Shown: positions 52,110 through 64,000 of the stretch, piece by piece
Numbering within the stretch: position 1 is the stretch's first letter
Layout of the letters: each line of letters opens with the position of its first letter
Origin: Octopus vulgaris
Taxonomy: Eukaryota
Length of the DNA stretch: 64,000 nt
Direction: 5' to 3'
NCBI GenBank assembly: GCA_951406725.2
Contig: OX597829.1
Span: 30,504,001 to 30,568,000, forward strand
Translations under genes and position numbers: made by a program
The notes under the pieces: model-generated
The model's input: only the letters and a program-made list of their open reading frames with translations
What the model was told of the DNA's origin: nothing
The model's database searches: none

Positions 52110-53050
52110 TTTATGTTATCTTTATAGATTAAAAAAGGGCCTTTGGCAGCATTGAGATGAATGAAGTACTGAAGCATTTAGAAATGCAAGGAATGAGGCA
52201 CAATACATTGAAACTGCTTTGGATGGTGACAACGGAGCTATATCTGAGGTACATTCTTGTATCTGAGAAGATTAATCATGATGCGCATTGAAACAAAGAG
52301 ATGTTATCTTTGTATAGTTCTCTGAATGTCTTGAAACAGTCATCTGAAACACTGACTGGAAAGGTAGCATCAACATCAAGAGCAAACTACTAACATAGCT
52401 CTGATTTGCAGATGAGAATGTGCTCATTGAAGAAACCTCAATGCTACAAACAATGCTGATAAAACCATTCACCCACAGTTTGGCAGTAGACTTTAAAATA
52501 AACTGCAGGAAAACAAATGGCACAAGTTCTGAAAATGTACCATAAAGTTTAATGGTGGTAAGATTGGAAACTGAAGAGGTGATGGAACACATTTATTTGG
52601 GACAGAGAGTGAATATATATCAAGATATGAATATTGAAATTTTGTGCAGAACAAGAGCAGGGTAGAAAGAATTTTCCATCTTGATCAGAGATGAGTTCAC
52701 AGGTGGTCAAGAGTGTATGTGACAATATCTTCAATATTACCATCTTATTATCACTATTTTGAGATATGGGAAGATCAGTGAATAACAGTGAGGCCATGGA
52801 AAGATCCATGCCAGAAATACCCTTGTGAGAGCATAATCAAAGCAAGCTAATTAGGAAATGAAGCAGAATAAAAAAAAACACAAGTTTTGCTAGGGTGGAC
52901 TTATCTCAAGGCTCACAAACAACTGTTAGATTTATGCAGTGTCAATTAGTATCCTATAGATTAGACAAGTCCAATTGGAAGACCACCAATTCAACAAAAA
53001 GATGACATAGGCAAAAAGTTATGGCCTAAATGAAAGAGAAAGATGCAATA
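52110..53050 (+). mobile_element. Highly decayed RTE-type LINE RT region
   Basis: FID*K-AFGSIE-like, FADE, EEVMEHIYLGQ and PIGRPP remnants in the expected order. Confidence 0.6.
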
Positions 53051-53887
53051 CGGAGGAAGAATAGAAGTACATTGTGACGAGCAATGTTTAAGAATATAAC
53101 AGACACTGCTACTTATCTGTAGTATTTGATTAAAGAAACAAAATTTTTACACAAGCACTTATTATATAACCAAACAAAAGATTAATCTGGTCGATACAGC
53201 AATAATGAAGTCCTTCAAGAAATTTGAGACCTGGTGTTTGTCTTATAAATCAATATTTTTGTTATTTTGATGCAACAATAAAAATGTGGATATAACAGAG
53301 TATGTGTGTTTACACAACATTATTATGTGCATTGTTGTAAACTATAAAATGTTAATGCCCATACTGAATAAGAAGAATATGAGTGAGATGACTTTGAAGG
53401 TCAGGATGTAAGAGTATTCATTCATAACTAAAGGCATAGGTTTTAGGGGTTGTGACACTGGCAGTTTTGAAGATTAGATGAAAAGCCTGAGACTGCTGAA
53501 TCAAAACAACTCTAAAGTATCCATTTTAGAAAAGACTGATTTAATAAACTCTCTCTTTCTCATATATATATATATATAAAAACCTGCTGTGTAGTGGTGT
53601 ACTTGTGTGCCATCATGGTCTGCTTGTGTGTCACAAATTGTGTATAAGGCAAATTGGAAAATGCTAAGATATTCAGAAAACTAGTGTATTTTTACCATAC
53701 AACTCTAAAACATGTATATCCCTTTACGGTACAAAGCAGTGTGTGTGTGTGTGGTCCATTTCAATTTTAAGTATTTTTATACCAATTATTTTTTACTATA
53801 GATATTGTCTTTTATTTTTATTTAAGTCATTGGACTGTGGTCATGCTGAGGCCCAGCTTTGAAGGGTTTAAGTTGAACAAATGTAAC

Positions 53888-54296
53888 TTTTTTCTCTTTT
53901 ACCCTTTTACTTGTTTCAGTCACTTGACTGCAGCCATGCTGGAGCAACGCCTTTAGTCGAGCAAATCAACCCCAGGACTTATTCTTTGTAAGTCTAGTAC
54001 TTATTCTATCGGTCTCTTTTGCTGAACCGCTAAGTTACGGGGACGTAAACACACCAGCATCGGTTGTCAAGCGATATTGGGGGGACAAACACAGATACAC
54101 AAACATACACACACACATACATATATATTTATACATATATATGATGGGCTTCCTTCAGTTTCCATCTACCAAATCCACTCACAAGGCTTTGGTCAGTCCG
54201 AGGCTATAGTAGAAGACACTTGCCCAAGGTGCCACGCATTGGGAATGAACCCGGAACTATGTGGTTCGTAAGCAAGCTACTTACCACACAGCCATT
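53888..54296 (-). mobile_element. SINE family A
   Basis: Reverse complement of the family sequence. Confidence 0.9.
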
Positions 54297-54317
54297 TATA
54301 TATTTTTTTTAACGTCT

Positions 54318-54570
54318 AGGTGCAGGAATGGCTGTGTGATAAGAAGCTTGCTTCCCAACCACATATTTCCAGGTTCAGTCCCACTGCATGGCACCTTGGG
54401 CAAGTGTCTTCTACTATAGCTGTGGACTGACCAAAGCATTGTGAGTGGATTTGGTAGATGGAAACTGAAAGAAGCCTGTTGTATATGTGTAAGCATATAA
54501 GTGTATATATATATTCTCCAGCATGGCTGCAGTCAAATGACTGAAACAAGTAAAAGAATAAAAGAACATA
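54318..54570 (+). mobile_element. SINE family A with internal deletion
   Basis: Head and tail present; most of the 3' body missing. Confidence 0.85.
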
Positions 54571-55097
54571 TACATATATATATATATATGTATATATATT
54601 CACCTTACTTGGAAACAGTTGAGGGTTCATGACAGGAAAGGCATCCTGCTATAGAAAGTCTGCTTCAACAAATTCTGCTATTGAAAGAAATACTTTGTGC
54701 ATTATTAAAGTACACTGGAATTATTACTAAATATATATATTTTTCATGCATATTGTTACTTCAGCCTTTACATGTTACACATGGGCTTTCTTAGATTATT
54801 GTATAACTTCCAGGTTATTCCTGAGATTTTAGTGAGTCTATCAGGAATGTTTGTTTCACTGGAAAATTCTACAAATTATGCATCTCCATAACGGTTGCGA
54901 TAGATCTGTATTGTTTGTTTGTTTTTGTTACTTAATAAATATTTATTCCCTATTTGAAAGTATTAATGCATCTAAATGAAGTAATACTAATTTTGAAAGA
55001 AACTGTTAAATTGATATTATAAAAAAGTAAAGGAACTTAAAGTAAAAAAATAAAATAGATGTATCTTGATGAATGTTTGTTTTTGAATCTATTGTTG

Positions 55098-55464
55098 CAG
55101 AAGCACTCCGTCGGTTACGACGATGAGGGTTCCGGTTGATCTGATCAACGGAACAGCCTGCTCGTGAAATTAACGTGTAAGTGGCTGAGCACTCCACAGA
55201 CACGTGTACCCTTAACGTAGTTCTCAGGGATATTCAGCGTGACACAGAGAGTGACAAGGCCGGCCCTTTAAAATACAGGTACAACAGAAACAGGAAGTAA
55301 GAGTGAGAGAAAGTTGCAGTGAAAGAGTACAGCAGGGATCACCACCATCCCCTGCCGGGGCCTCGTGGAGCTTTAGGTGTTTTCGCTCAATAAACACTCA
55401 CAACGCCCGGTCTGGGAATCGAAACCGCGAGTCCGCTGCCCTAACCACTGGGCCATTGCGCCTC
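55098..55464 (-). mobile_element. tRNA(Arg)-like SINE family B with 10 bp TSD
   Basis: Head gaggcgcaatggcccagtggttagggcagcggactcgcggtttcgattcc; tctattgttg at 55088-55097 and 55463-55472. Confidence 0.9.
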
Positions 55465-56590
55465 TATTGTTGTATATTGTTACTGATTATTGTGTTTCTG
55501 CTGAATTGTTTTTTTTTAATGGTGGTAGTTATGTTAAGGAAGTTATTGCATAAGTATGATTTCATTATTATGTAATTTGTCCATCCTCAGTTGAAGTCAA
55601 AATCATCATCATTATTAAATGCTTGTTTTCCATGCTGGCATAGATTGGGACAGTTTCACAGGAGTTGGCAAAACAGAAGACTATACTAGGCTCCAATGTC
55701 TATAAAGTGACTGGCATTTGGGAAGGCATTGAGCCTTAAAAACCATGCCAAAGCAGAGTGTACTGTGTGGTTTTTGTGTAGTACCAGCACGGTGACATGG
55801 TTTCTTTGGCTGGATGTCCTTCCTTAATGCCAACCACTTTTCGGAATGCACTAGGTGCTTTTAACATAGCACCAGCATGGGTGGGATCTCCAAGTAACTT
55901 TCAAGACAAAGACCCTTTGAGTGGGGAAAGGTAGGAGATACATGGTAACCCAGTTAGGAAAGAAAGGCTGGAAAGGGAGTGAGAAAGAGTTAGAGGAAGA
56001 TAGGGAGACATGGCTGTTCTAGTTGGAAAGCTAGGGGAGAAAGGGAATGGAGGATAAGGAGAGGTTTATAAACCCAACATTTCTAGGTATTTTATAGCTT
56101 AACTTGCCTTATAGCAGCTCACAATATGCTAAACTACTTTCAAACTTCAAATTCACTCCAGGCTTTTTAAATTATTTTTTCATTGTTTCCATATTTTGTG
56201 ATTTATGTGTAAACGATGCCAAGGTTGATGTTAAGATGGATATTGTTTGCTGTTGTATACAGCTGAAATCTGCATTGTTGGCTTCATTGCCAGTCTTTCT
56301 AAAAAGAGATTTTCTTCCTTGTAAGCAACATGTTTTGTGGCATGTTTGTCCTGTGGACACTCTGGAGAAGGCAACATATTGTTGTCCATGTGTAAATACA
56401 GGTTTTGGTAAATATAAAGTAAGTTTTTCAAATGTTTGTCCTTGTCATTGTTAATTACCATTGCTTATTTAATAGGTAACTGTTGTCTAATTAATGCAAA
56501 CAGTAACTCTTCACCAAACTGAAGAAATGGTAACTCTTGGAATAAATAGCTTTTTGTGATGTGAACTGTCAGTTATAATTCTTGCCTTAA

Positions 56591-56811
56591 CCCTTTCGTT
56601 ACCAACCCGGCTGAAACTGCCTCTGACTCTGTAGTACAAATGTCCTGTTTTCATAAGATTTTAATTAAAATCTTCTACCAAACCTTAGTCGCAATTTATG
56701 TTCCTAAAACTAGCTTAATGATAACTAAGTTATTTTACTAAAGTTTTTGTTATATTTAAAATTAATTGAAAGAAACACAGAGCATCTCAAAATAATATGG
56801 TAACGAAAGGG
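56591..56811. mobile_element. piggyBac-type MITE (family 2)
   Basis: Perfect 14 bp TIR ccctttcgttacca / tggtaacgaaaggg with TTAA on both sides. Confidence 0.9.
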
Positions 56812-57316
56812 TTAATGACTTTTTCTTGAATGTCTTGAATAACCAAACATGTACCATTACATATGCCATTAGCTTGGTCAATTGTATGTAAGAGAATAAT
56901 TACAGTATTAGTCTTTAATCTTAATATATTTGATGGTAAGCCTGAAATATTTAGCATATTTATTAAGTACTCTGTAGTGAATTCTTAAGACCCATCTTGA
57001 TGCAAACATTGATAACAACTGAAGAGAACCTTTTCTTCTGGAAACGGTTTTAGTATTTCCTCATTGATGAGATCAACATCAATATTTTTTAGTCTTAAAG
57101 TAACAATTTTTGAAAATTTTTCCAGTTCTGCAATGCATTCCTGTGTAACATTTTTATTGAAAATAGAGGGAATGAGATCAGTGAAATCTTGAACAATGTT
57201 ACTTCCCTGAGGTATAATAATTTTGCCCTTTGCTTCTACTACAGAACCATTTCCTACATAAAGCATAATGTTGTTAAACTAAATTTGGTTGTTTTGATTT
57301 GAATTTTGTGCATATA

Positions 57317-57477
57317 GGCGTAGGAGTGGCTGTGTGGTAAGTAGCTTGCTTACCAACCACATGGTTCCGGGTTCAGTCCCACTGCGTGGCACCTTGGGCA
57401 AGTGTCTTCTACTATAGCCTCGGGCCGATCAAAGCCTTGTGAGTGGATTTGGTAGATGGAAACTGAAGAAGCCCATC

Positions 57478-57524
<47 letters not shown>

Positions 57525-58292
57525 TGTAGTTGTGTGAGTGTCTGTCTCCTACGATTTAGATACCTAACTACTCCCACATTTTGCGGAGCAGTTTCACCAA
57601 ATTCGGGTATCTTATAGTCGTGATTCATATCAAGCCCGTCTGGGTATTAGCGTGCATCTACGATGAGTCTACGATTTTAAAAATAATTTACCATAATTTT
57701 TTCCCCTTTTTCAATATATATGTATATGTGTGGAGGTGCAATGGCCTAGTGGTTAAGGCAGCGAACTCGCGGTCGCAGGATCACGGTTTCGATTCCCAGA
57801 CCGGGTGTTGTGAGTGTTTATTGAGCGAAAACACCTAAAAGCTCCACGAGGCTCCGGCAGGGGGTGGTGATCCCTGCTGTACTCTTTCTCCACTCTTTCT
57901 CTCACTCTTTCTTCTGTTGGCCTGCTCGCTTAGCCCAGCGGGGTTGCGTCATTCAAAGGCTAAAACAATGCGAACGCATTGTGACCAGCGATGTGTAACA
58001 ACATCTGATGGTCTGGTCGGTCACGTGATCATGTGATATATATATATATATATATGTATGTATGTGTGTGTATATGTTTGTGTGTCTGTGTTTGTCCCCC
58101 CAACATTGCTTGACAACCGATGCTGGTGTGTTTACGTCCCCGTAACTTAGCAGTGCGGCAAAATAGACTGATAGAATAAGTACTAGGCTTACAAAGAATA
58201 AGTCCTGGTGGTCGATTTGCTCAACTAAAGGTGGTGCTCCAGCATGGCCGCAGTCAAATGACTGAAACAAGTAAAAGAGTAAAAAGTAAAGA
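57317..58292 (+). mobile_element. SINE family A with a Helitron fragment (~57510-57715) and a SINE B (~57727-58038) nested in its internal TA tract
   Basis: SINE A 5' half ends at (TA)n ~57478; its 3' half resumes at ~58080. Confidence 0.85.
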
Positions 58293-59931
58293 GTATATGA
58301 TTTTAAGTACATATGATTCTAAGTTCTGTCAGTTGAATTTTTTATTTTTACACATTTCCATGAAGATGAATTATTAAAGCTACTGTCTACTATCTGTGGT
58401 CTGCTTCCATGACAGCTAACATTTGTTAAAAATGCTCACAAGTCATTATTAGGTTGTCAAGAAAGTTCTTGTGGCTTTTAACCTTTAAATTCAGATGCAC
58501 ATATGTTGGCTCAAACAAAACTTTATTAATCGAAATAAATACCATCAGAATCAACACAGTTTTGCCAACGTGAAACAAGTTTATTTATGCCAGTAGCATA
58601 TTAAAAGAAGATGTATTAGAGATCCCTAAGTTTCATATTAAAAATTGTCAGTTTAGTCTGGTCTGTTAGCTGGCGACTATCCTGGATAAAGTCTTTGCTG
58701 TTGCACCGTTTCCAAATCTTTGCTGTTGCACTGTTTCCAAATTTGGCTGCAGAAGAAGTTGCAGTAATTGTGCCAGTTGTAGATGATTGTATGATTGATT
58801 ACCAGCTATAGGAATGTGTTTGTCTTCTGGAATAACAATTGAAAACTCTTATTTATTAATAGTGTTTAAATATTCTGCACTATTATTTTGCTGAGGTGGT
58901 CAATTCTTTTTGAGAACCTCATATCACCAGAGATCCTGTCCTTCATCATCTCATCCCTTAAGCTCAGACTTCTGAGGACAGCCTTCACCACTTCATCCCA
59001 TGTCTTCCAGTAAGATATAGTTTAAGGGAGATTTGGCTGCTATTTCTAGCATGTTGAGCAACTACATAGAGGTCTTACTAATTGATGATGTCTGTTGGAT
59101 CAGGGCTGACATATTCATTTGAAATATTTTTAATGTTTTCCAAAATATTAAAAAAAATTTATGGCTAGTTAGGTTGATATGTTTCACTAAAACCATCACA
59201 AAAAAGCTGTTGCTAAGTGTCTCGCCCCTTCTCTCGAAGCATCATACATTTATGAAGCATGATTAAACAGTTTTGAATGTCAGATTCGTTCTAGAAATTT
59301 ACCGATATTTAATAGCAATGTGTGTATGTTATTTTATTACTAATATTGAAAAGAAAAATTCTAAAATTAGATTTACCTCTGTTAAAAACAATTAAATATT
59401 AATTTAGTAGAATGCTGGTAAGAAAAACATCAACAGTGGAAAATGTAAATAGATGTAGAAGAGGAACAATTAAATTAAAAGAATGTGCATTTATAAGGCA
59501 ATAAAAAAATTACTGCCTAAATACTGCCACACACACTTTGATGCATTTTTAATAGAGTTAGGATTCGTTACTAAACACATTATCATTGTAAATACTGTTA
59601 TCTTATTTATGTTTGTGCAAAGTGAAAAATTAAGCCATCTCATTCACATTATCATCACCCTTTTGAGGCAAACCAAATGAAAGAAGTGTTATTGTTTTTA
59701 AGAAAAAATAAAGCAATGAAAATGTTTCAATGGCTTATATCACACACAAATAGCAAATGAAGTTGCATGGATATTCAAACATGCAATATTTGCCAAGCAG
59801 AAATTCAAATAATACATTACTCTTGCAAATGTGCACAAACTGTTGTCCAGTCATAAACATCCCACTGGTCAGGGTCCAGTATGAATGAGGTCATTGTGCA
59901 TGCTTTACTTATATAATATGTATTTTTAAAA

Positions 59932-60094
59932 GGCGTAGGAGTGGCTGTGTGATAAGTAGCTTGCTTACAAACCACATGGTTCCAGGTTCAGTCCCACTGC
60001 ATGGCACCTTGGGCAAGTGTCTTTTACTATAGCCTCGGGCCAACAAAAGCCTTGTGAGTGGATTTGGTAGACGGAAACTGAAAGAAGCCCGTCG

Positions 60095-60189
<95 letters not shown>

Positions 60190-60389
60190 TTGTGTGTCTG
60201 TGTTTGTCCCCCCCAACATCGCTTGACAACTGATGCTTGTGTGTTTACGTCCCCGTAACTTAGCGGTTTGGCAAAAGAGAGACCGATAGAATAAGTACTA
60301 GGCTTACAAAGAATAAGTCCTGGGGTCGATTTGCTCGACTAGAGGTGGTGCTCCAGCATGGCCACAACCACATGACTGAAACAAGTAAA
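59932..60389 (+). mobile_element. Full-length SINE family A (tRNA head, CORE-like segment, internal (TA)n(TG)n, tail)
   Basis: ggcgtaggagtggctgtgtg...ggttcagtcc...accttgggcaagtgtc...(TA)(TG)...atgactgaaacaagtaaa. Confidence 0.9.
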
Positions 60390-61746
60390 GGACATCTACA
60401 TGTAGGAGGATTTGTTTTGGGGTTTGAAAATGTACCAAATCTCAAACCATGTAGTTGTTTTTAAATTTGATTGTTTAAACAGGCTTTGCTGAATTTCATC
60501 TTGTAATTTTAAACTCTCCTAAAGCCTTTATTTTACATTATTGATAAGCCAAAAATTGCCAAAACTGGTTTGGTATTTGAAAATGCACCTGAATCTCAAA
60601 ACGTGTTGCTGTTTTCTGGATAATTTATGTATGTTTGGCAGTATAGTTTAGGTGTGCAAGTTATCAGTAAAAACCAAGTATAACACGAGGAGAAAAGGAA
60701 TGATAAAGAGATAGGTTGAACAAGCAAACATGAGAGAAATAGGGTATGGTCATTATAAACTTCAATTTTATTTAGCTGTGTTGTAAATAATTTCCTTGTT
60801 GTGCTGACACACTTGGTATAGGTCATAGGTAACACAGTAAATGACTATCTGGGATTTATCTGTTGTATTTGCTTAAAGAAATGTATATATATAAATAAAC
60901 AGCATGACTAAGCAAAATCTTTTGGGTGTTTCAGAAAATTATATGAATCACATTCAGCTATGGTGGTTTACCTGTCTGAGATGTCTATGGGTTTAAATGT
61001 TGTAATGAACTATAGGTGTGGTAGTAGCAGCTAGAGATGAGTTCAGAATTTCTATTTAATCATTGTTCTTTAGATAACAGTACTGCTCAAAGTGGTGGCA
61101 TATCATCATCAAGGGACACAGCCCAAATGGAAATAACAGATATCAAAAGGTAGAGATCAGATGTTGAAGACACAAAGGCTGACTTGTACTTCCTCATCCT
61201 CCGTTAACCCTCCCCTGTGATAAATGGCCCTGGTTCTTCTATGCTTTGCTTTCCTCAGCCTAAACAGCCACCTCAAGTGCTGGCATCCTTCACACCCATC
61301 AAGATGAAGAAGCTCAAACATACACCACAGATGTACTCAGATGAGTTAATCCTGAAAATGACGACCCTGTACTTTTTAATGTGCAAAGTTGGTGCTTTTC
61401 TTTTTTCACATGGTTTGGCCCTTGTCAGGATCATTTGCAATATTAAAATTTATACTAAAATCTTTTAGCTGCCATGTATGTGTTAACAGTGGAGGTACTA
61501 GCTTTTATATTTCTGTGAATATATGAAAAATTATGTTAATACTGATTTGTTCCTGTTCCAGTATTGGTTTAAACACATTTTTAAAAAACAGTTTTACCGC
61601 TACTTTGTAGACATATTTTTGACAAGATATTGTCCTCCAAGGGGGTATAATTATAATCAAGTCAACTGAAATTATATGGGGTGGGGGTGGGGGGCTTGCA
61701 TTGTTAGAGTAAATATCTTTCTGTTTGTGTTTGAAGAGATGATTTA

Positions 61747-62035
61747 TCATCATCATCATCATCATCGTTTAACATCCGCTTTCCATGCTAGCATGGGTTG
61801 GACGATTTGACTGAGGTCTGGCAAACCAGATGGATGCACCAGGCTCCAATTTTGATCTGGCAGAGTTTCTACAGCTGGTTGCTCTTCCTAACGCCAACCA
61901 CTCCGAGAGTGTAGTGGGTGCTTTTACGTGCCACTAAGGCAGTACTGGCAATGGCCATGCTCAAATGGTGCTTTTTAAGTGCCACCTGCACAGGAGCCAG
62001 TCCAGCAGCACTGGCAACGACCTCACTTGAATGTT
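61747..62035 (-). mobile_element. RTE LINE 3' UTR fragment
   Basis: Matches 26727-26920. Confidence 0.85.
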
Positions 62036-62313
62036 TGGTTGTGCAAAATTGTGAGAAGTTGAATATGGGAATTTAACTGTGTCTAGTGAATAATTTGTTC
62101 TATTTGTGAACATGGTTATCAAATAATTTTTTTTTAAATTTTGGTTACTTGAGTGAAAACTGGAAAATTGCATCATACCAAATGACTGGTTTTTTTCGGC
62201 TTCGTTTTTATTTTCTGTTGGGGTGAATGGACATATATTTCATGCATTAAATTGTCTCTTTATAATCATTCTTTGTGAGTGCTTTATTATATTCATGAAA
62301 TGATTCATTGAAT

Positions 62314-62640
62314 GTGAAGGTGCATGGCTCAGTAGTTACAGCATCAGGCTCGCAATCATGTGGTAGTGACTGGGCTGTGTGCTGTGTTCTTGAGCAAGAC
62401 ACTTTATTTTATGTTGCTCCACTTCACTCAGCTGTAGAAACGAATTGCAATGTCACTGGTGCCTAGCTGTATCAGCCTTTGCCTTTCTCTTGGATAACAT
62501 CAGTGGCGTGGAGAGGGGAGGATGGTATGCATGGGCGACTGCTGGCCTTCCACAAATAATCTTGCTCAGACTTGTGCTTTGGAGGGTAGCTTTCTAGGTG
62601 CAATCCCATCGTCATTCATGACCAAAAGGGATCTTTACCA
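62314..62640 (+). mobile_element. tRNA-derived SINE, CORE-like body, third tail type
   Basis: tggctcagtagtta head; gtgttcttgagcaagacactttatt body; distinct 3' half ending atctttacc. Confidence 0.7.
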
Positions 62641-62845
62641 TTTACCCAATTCATTGAATACCTTTCCATTACAGTTGATTGATGGAATTCTTAAAAAACA
62701 TTCCTAACTAAAGTGATTAGATTATAGACATACAAAAGATCTTTTTTCATATGAACTAAATATGTTACTAGATAAATTTAGTGTTATATCTAGGAATGTT
62801 ATTTTTTTGTTCTCTTCAACAGCGATTTGGATCTTACTTGTTTAA

Positions 62846-63066
62846 CCTTTTAGCATTTAGATTATTCTGTTTAATGTAATACTTATTTATTGGCATTGTT
62901 ATGAATTAACCATTTCATTGTTTCATAGCTTTTGGATTTCAATGATGTGATTATTTATTTTTAGAATGACATTATAGGGTAGGTGTGAGAGGCTGAATAT
63001 GGCCAGTCCTAACATAAAACTGGCAGAATATTTGGGCTGGATATGGCCAGTTTAAATGCTAAAGGG
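62846..63066. mobile_element. piggyBac-type MITE (family 1)
   Basis: ttaa-ccttttagcattta ... taaatgctaaaggg-ttga. Confidence 0.85.
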
Positions 63067-63308
63067 TTGAAAATAAAAACCCCAATAAAAGTGTTTATGG
63101 AACCTATCAGCTGATTGAGGGTTCATATTATATCTAAATAAAAGCAAATCATCATCTCAAGATAACCCTATGAAAGGAAGATACTTCTTTTATGAATACT
63201 GTCAGTTATCTTAGATCTTTGACAGACAAACTAAAAATAATAATAATAAAGTGAAGATCAAATAAATAGTGTTGGTGTTTAATTGGCAATAGATGATCAT
63301 TCCCTAGA

Positions 63309-63543
63309 AAGGCTGCAAGCTGGCAGAAATGCTAGCATGCCGGGCGAAATGCTTAGCGGTATTTCGTCTACCACTATGCTCTGAGTTCAAATTCTGCCGA
63401 GGTCGACTTTGTCTTTCATCCTTTCGGGGTCGATTAAATAAGTATCAGTTACATACTGGGGTCGATATAATTGACTTAATCCATTTGTCTGTCCTTGTTT
63501 GTCCCCTCTGTGTGCAGCCCCTTGTGGGCAGTAAAGAAATAAA
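63309..63543 (+). mobile_element. Meta-type SINE with 16 bp TSD
   Basis: Same family as 3319; atgatcattccctaga (63293-63308) / atgatcatcccctaga (63544-63559). Confidence 0.9.
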
Positions 63544-63581
63544 ATGATCATCCCCTAGAGTATAAATATACATCATCATCA

Positions 63582-63767
63582 TGTCAATGAAAGTTCTTTC
63601 GTCACACATTCTGTGACTTCTTTGGTGACTTTCTGTCCCATGTGTCTCCTCTTGTCCTGTTTATTCCATTTTGTCAAAAAAGGAATGGGCAGGACAAGAG
63701 GTGACATATGGAACAGAAAGTCACCAAAGAAGTCACAGAATGTGTGATGAAAGAACTTACACTGACA
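63582..63767. repeat. Foldback palindrome, ~92 bp arms, almost no spacer
   Basis: 63582-63673 is the imperfect reverse complement of 63675-63767; followed by (TAA)n to ~63867. Confidence 0.9.
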
Positions 63768-63774
63768 AATAAAC

Positions 63775-63844
<70 letters not shown>

Positions 63845-64000
63845 CATGATAATAATAATAATAATAAAGTGATATTGAAGATGAAATATCGTGTGCGCAT
63901 GTTTAATCAGCAAAAGATGACCATCCCCAAATATAACAATATCTGTTTCAACAAACAAATTTCATGTTGCAAGAATCTTGCAAAACAAATGCATAAAGTC

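Larger units (their letters stand above)
56365..58800 (-). mobile_element. Decayed Helitron RepHel (Pif1-like helicase) region, fragmented by a MITE and SINEs
   Basis: HGSRPQIVDSS..SSSWK (~58340-58420); LKNIDVDLINEEIL (ORF 56985-57266); SGLPSNILRLK...GICNGT (~56850-56970); RQQLPIK...QGQTF...PVFTHGQQYVAFSRV (56365-56490). Confidence 0.8.

Noticed and set aside
57727-57805. tRNA-Arg(TCG)-like sequence as a real tRNA gene
   Set aside because: It is the head of a multi-copy SINE; acceptor stem does not close and it runs into the SINE body.
58245-58280. SINE A tail AGUC-AAAU-GACU-GAAAC-AA-GUA resembling half a hammerhead
   Set aside because: The CUGANGA core is absent (ggccgc instead) in every copy; more simply a LINE-type 3' stem-loop.

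Overview
AT-rich, repeat-saturated eukaryotic (metazoan) DNA that reads like a very large intron or intergenic region. The mix of tRNA-derived SINEs with internal microsatellites, RTE/CR1 LINEs and long (TA)/(CA)/(GATA) arrays is most consistent with an octopus/cephalopod genome (inference, not searched). I cannot name any intact host gene; almost all ORFs in the track are microsatellite or repeat artefacts. Supported content: three decayed Tc1/mariner elements, a pogo/Tigger remnant, piggyBac-type (TTAA) MITEs, a Merlin-like MITE carrying TTAGGG repeats, Helitron pieces, a young RTE LINE with a PHD finger in ORF2, older RTEs, a young GC-rich CR1-type LINE, a Penelope GIY-YIG fragment and many SINEs. 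The most interesting signal is a set of hammerhead ribozymes: an apparently intact type I hammerhead (42802-42866) inside a structured, TA-flanked ~420 bp non-coding element (retrozyme/Penelope-like), a minimal hammerhead downstream of the Penelope endonuclease, and a U3-A8 core variant whose cleavage site coincides with an inverted-repeat junction. Also noted: long foldback hairpins, locally templated insertions inside MITEs, and speculative plus-strand micro-exons / a recursive splice site. Repeat boundaries are read by eye and approximate.
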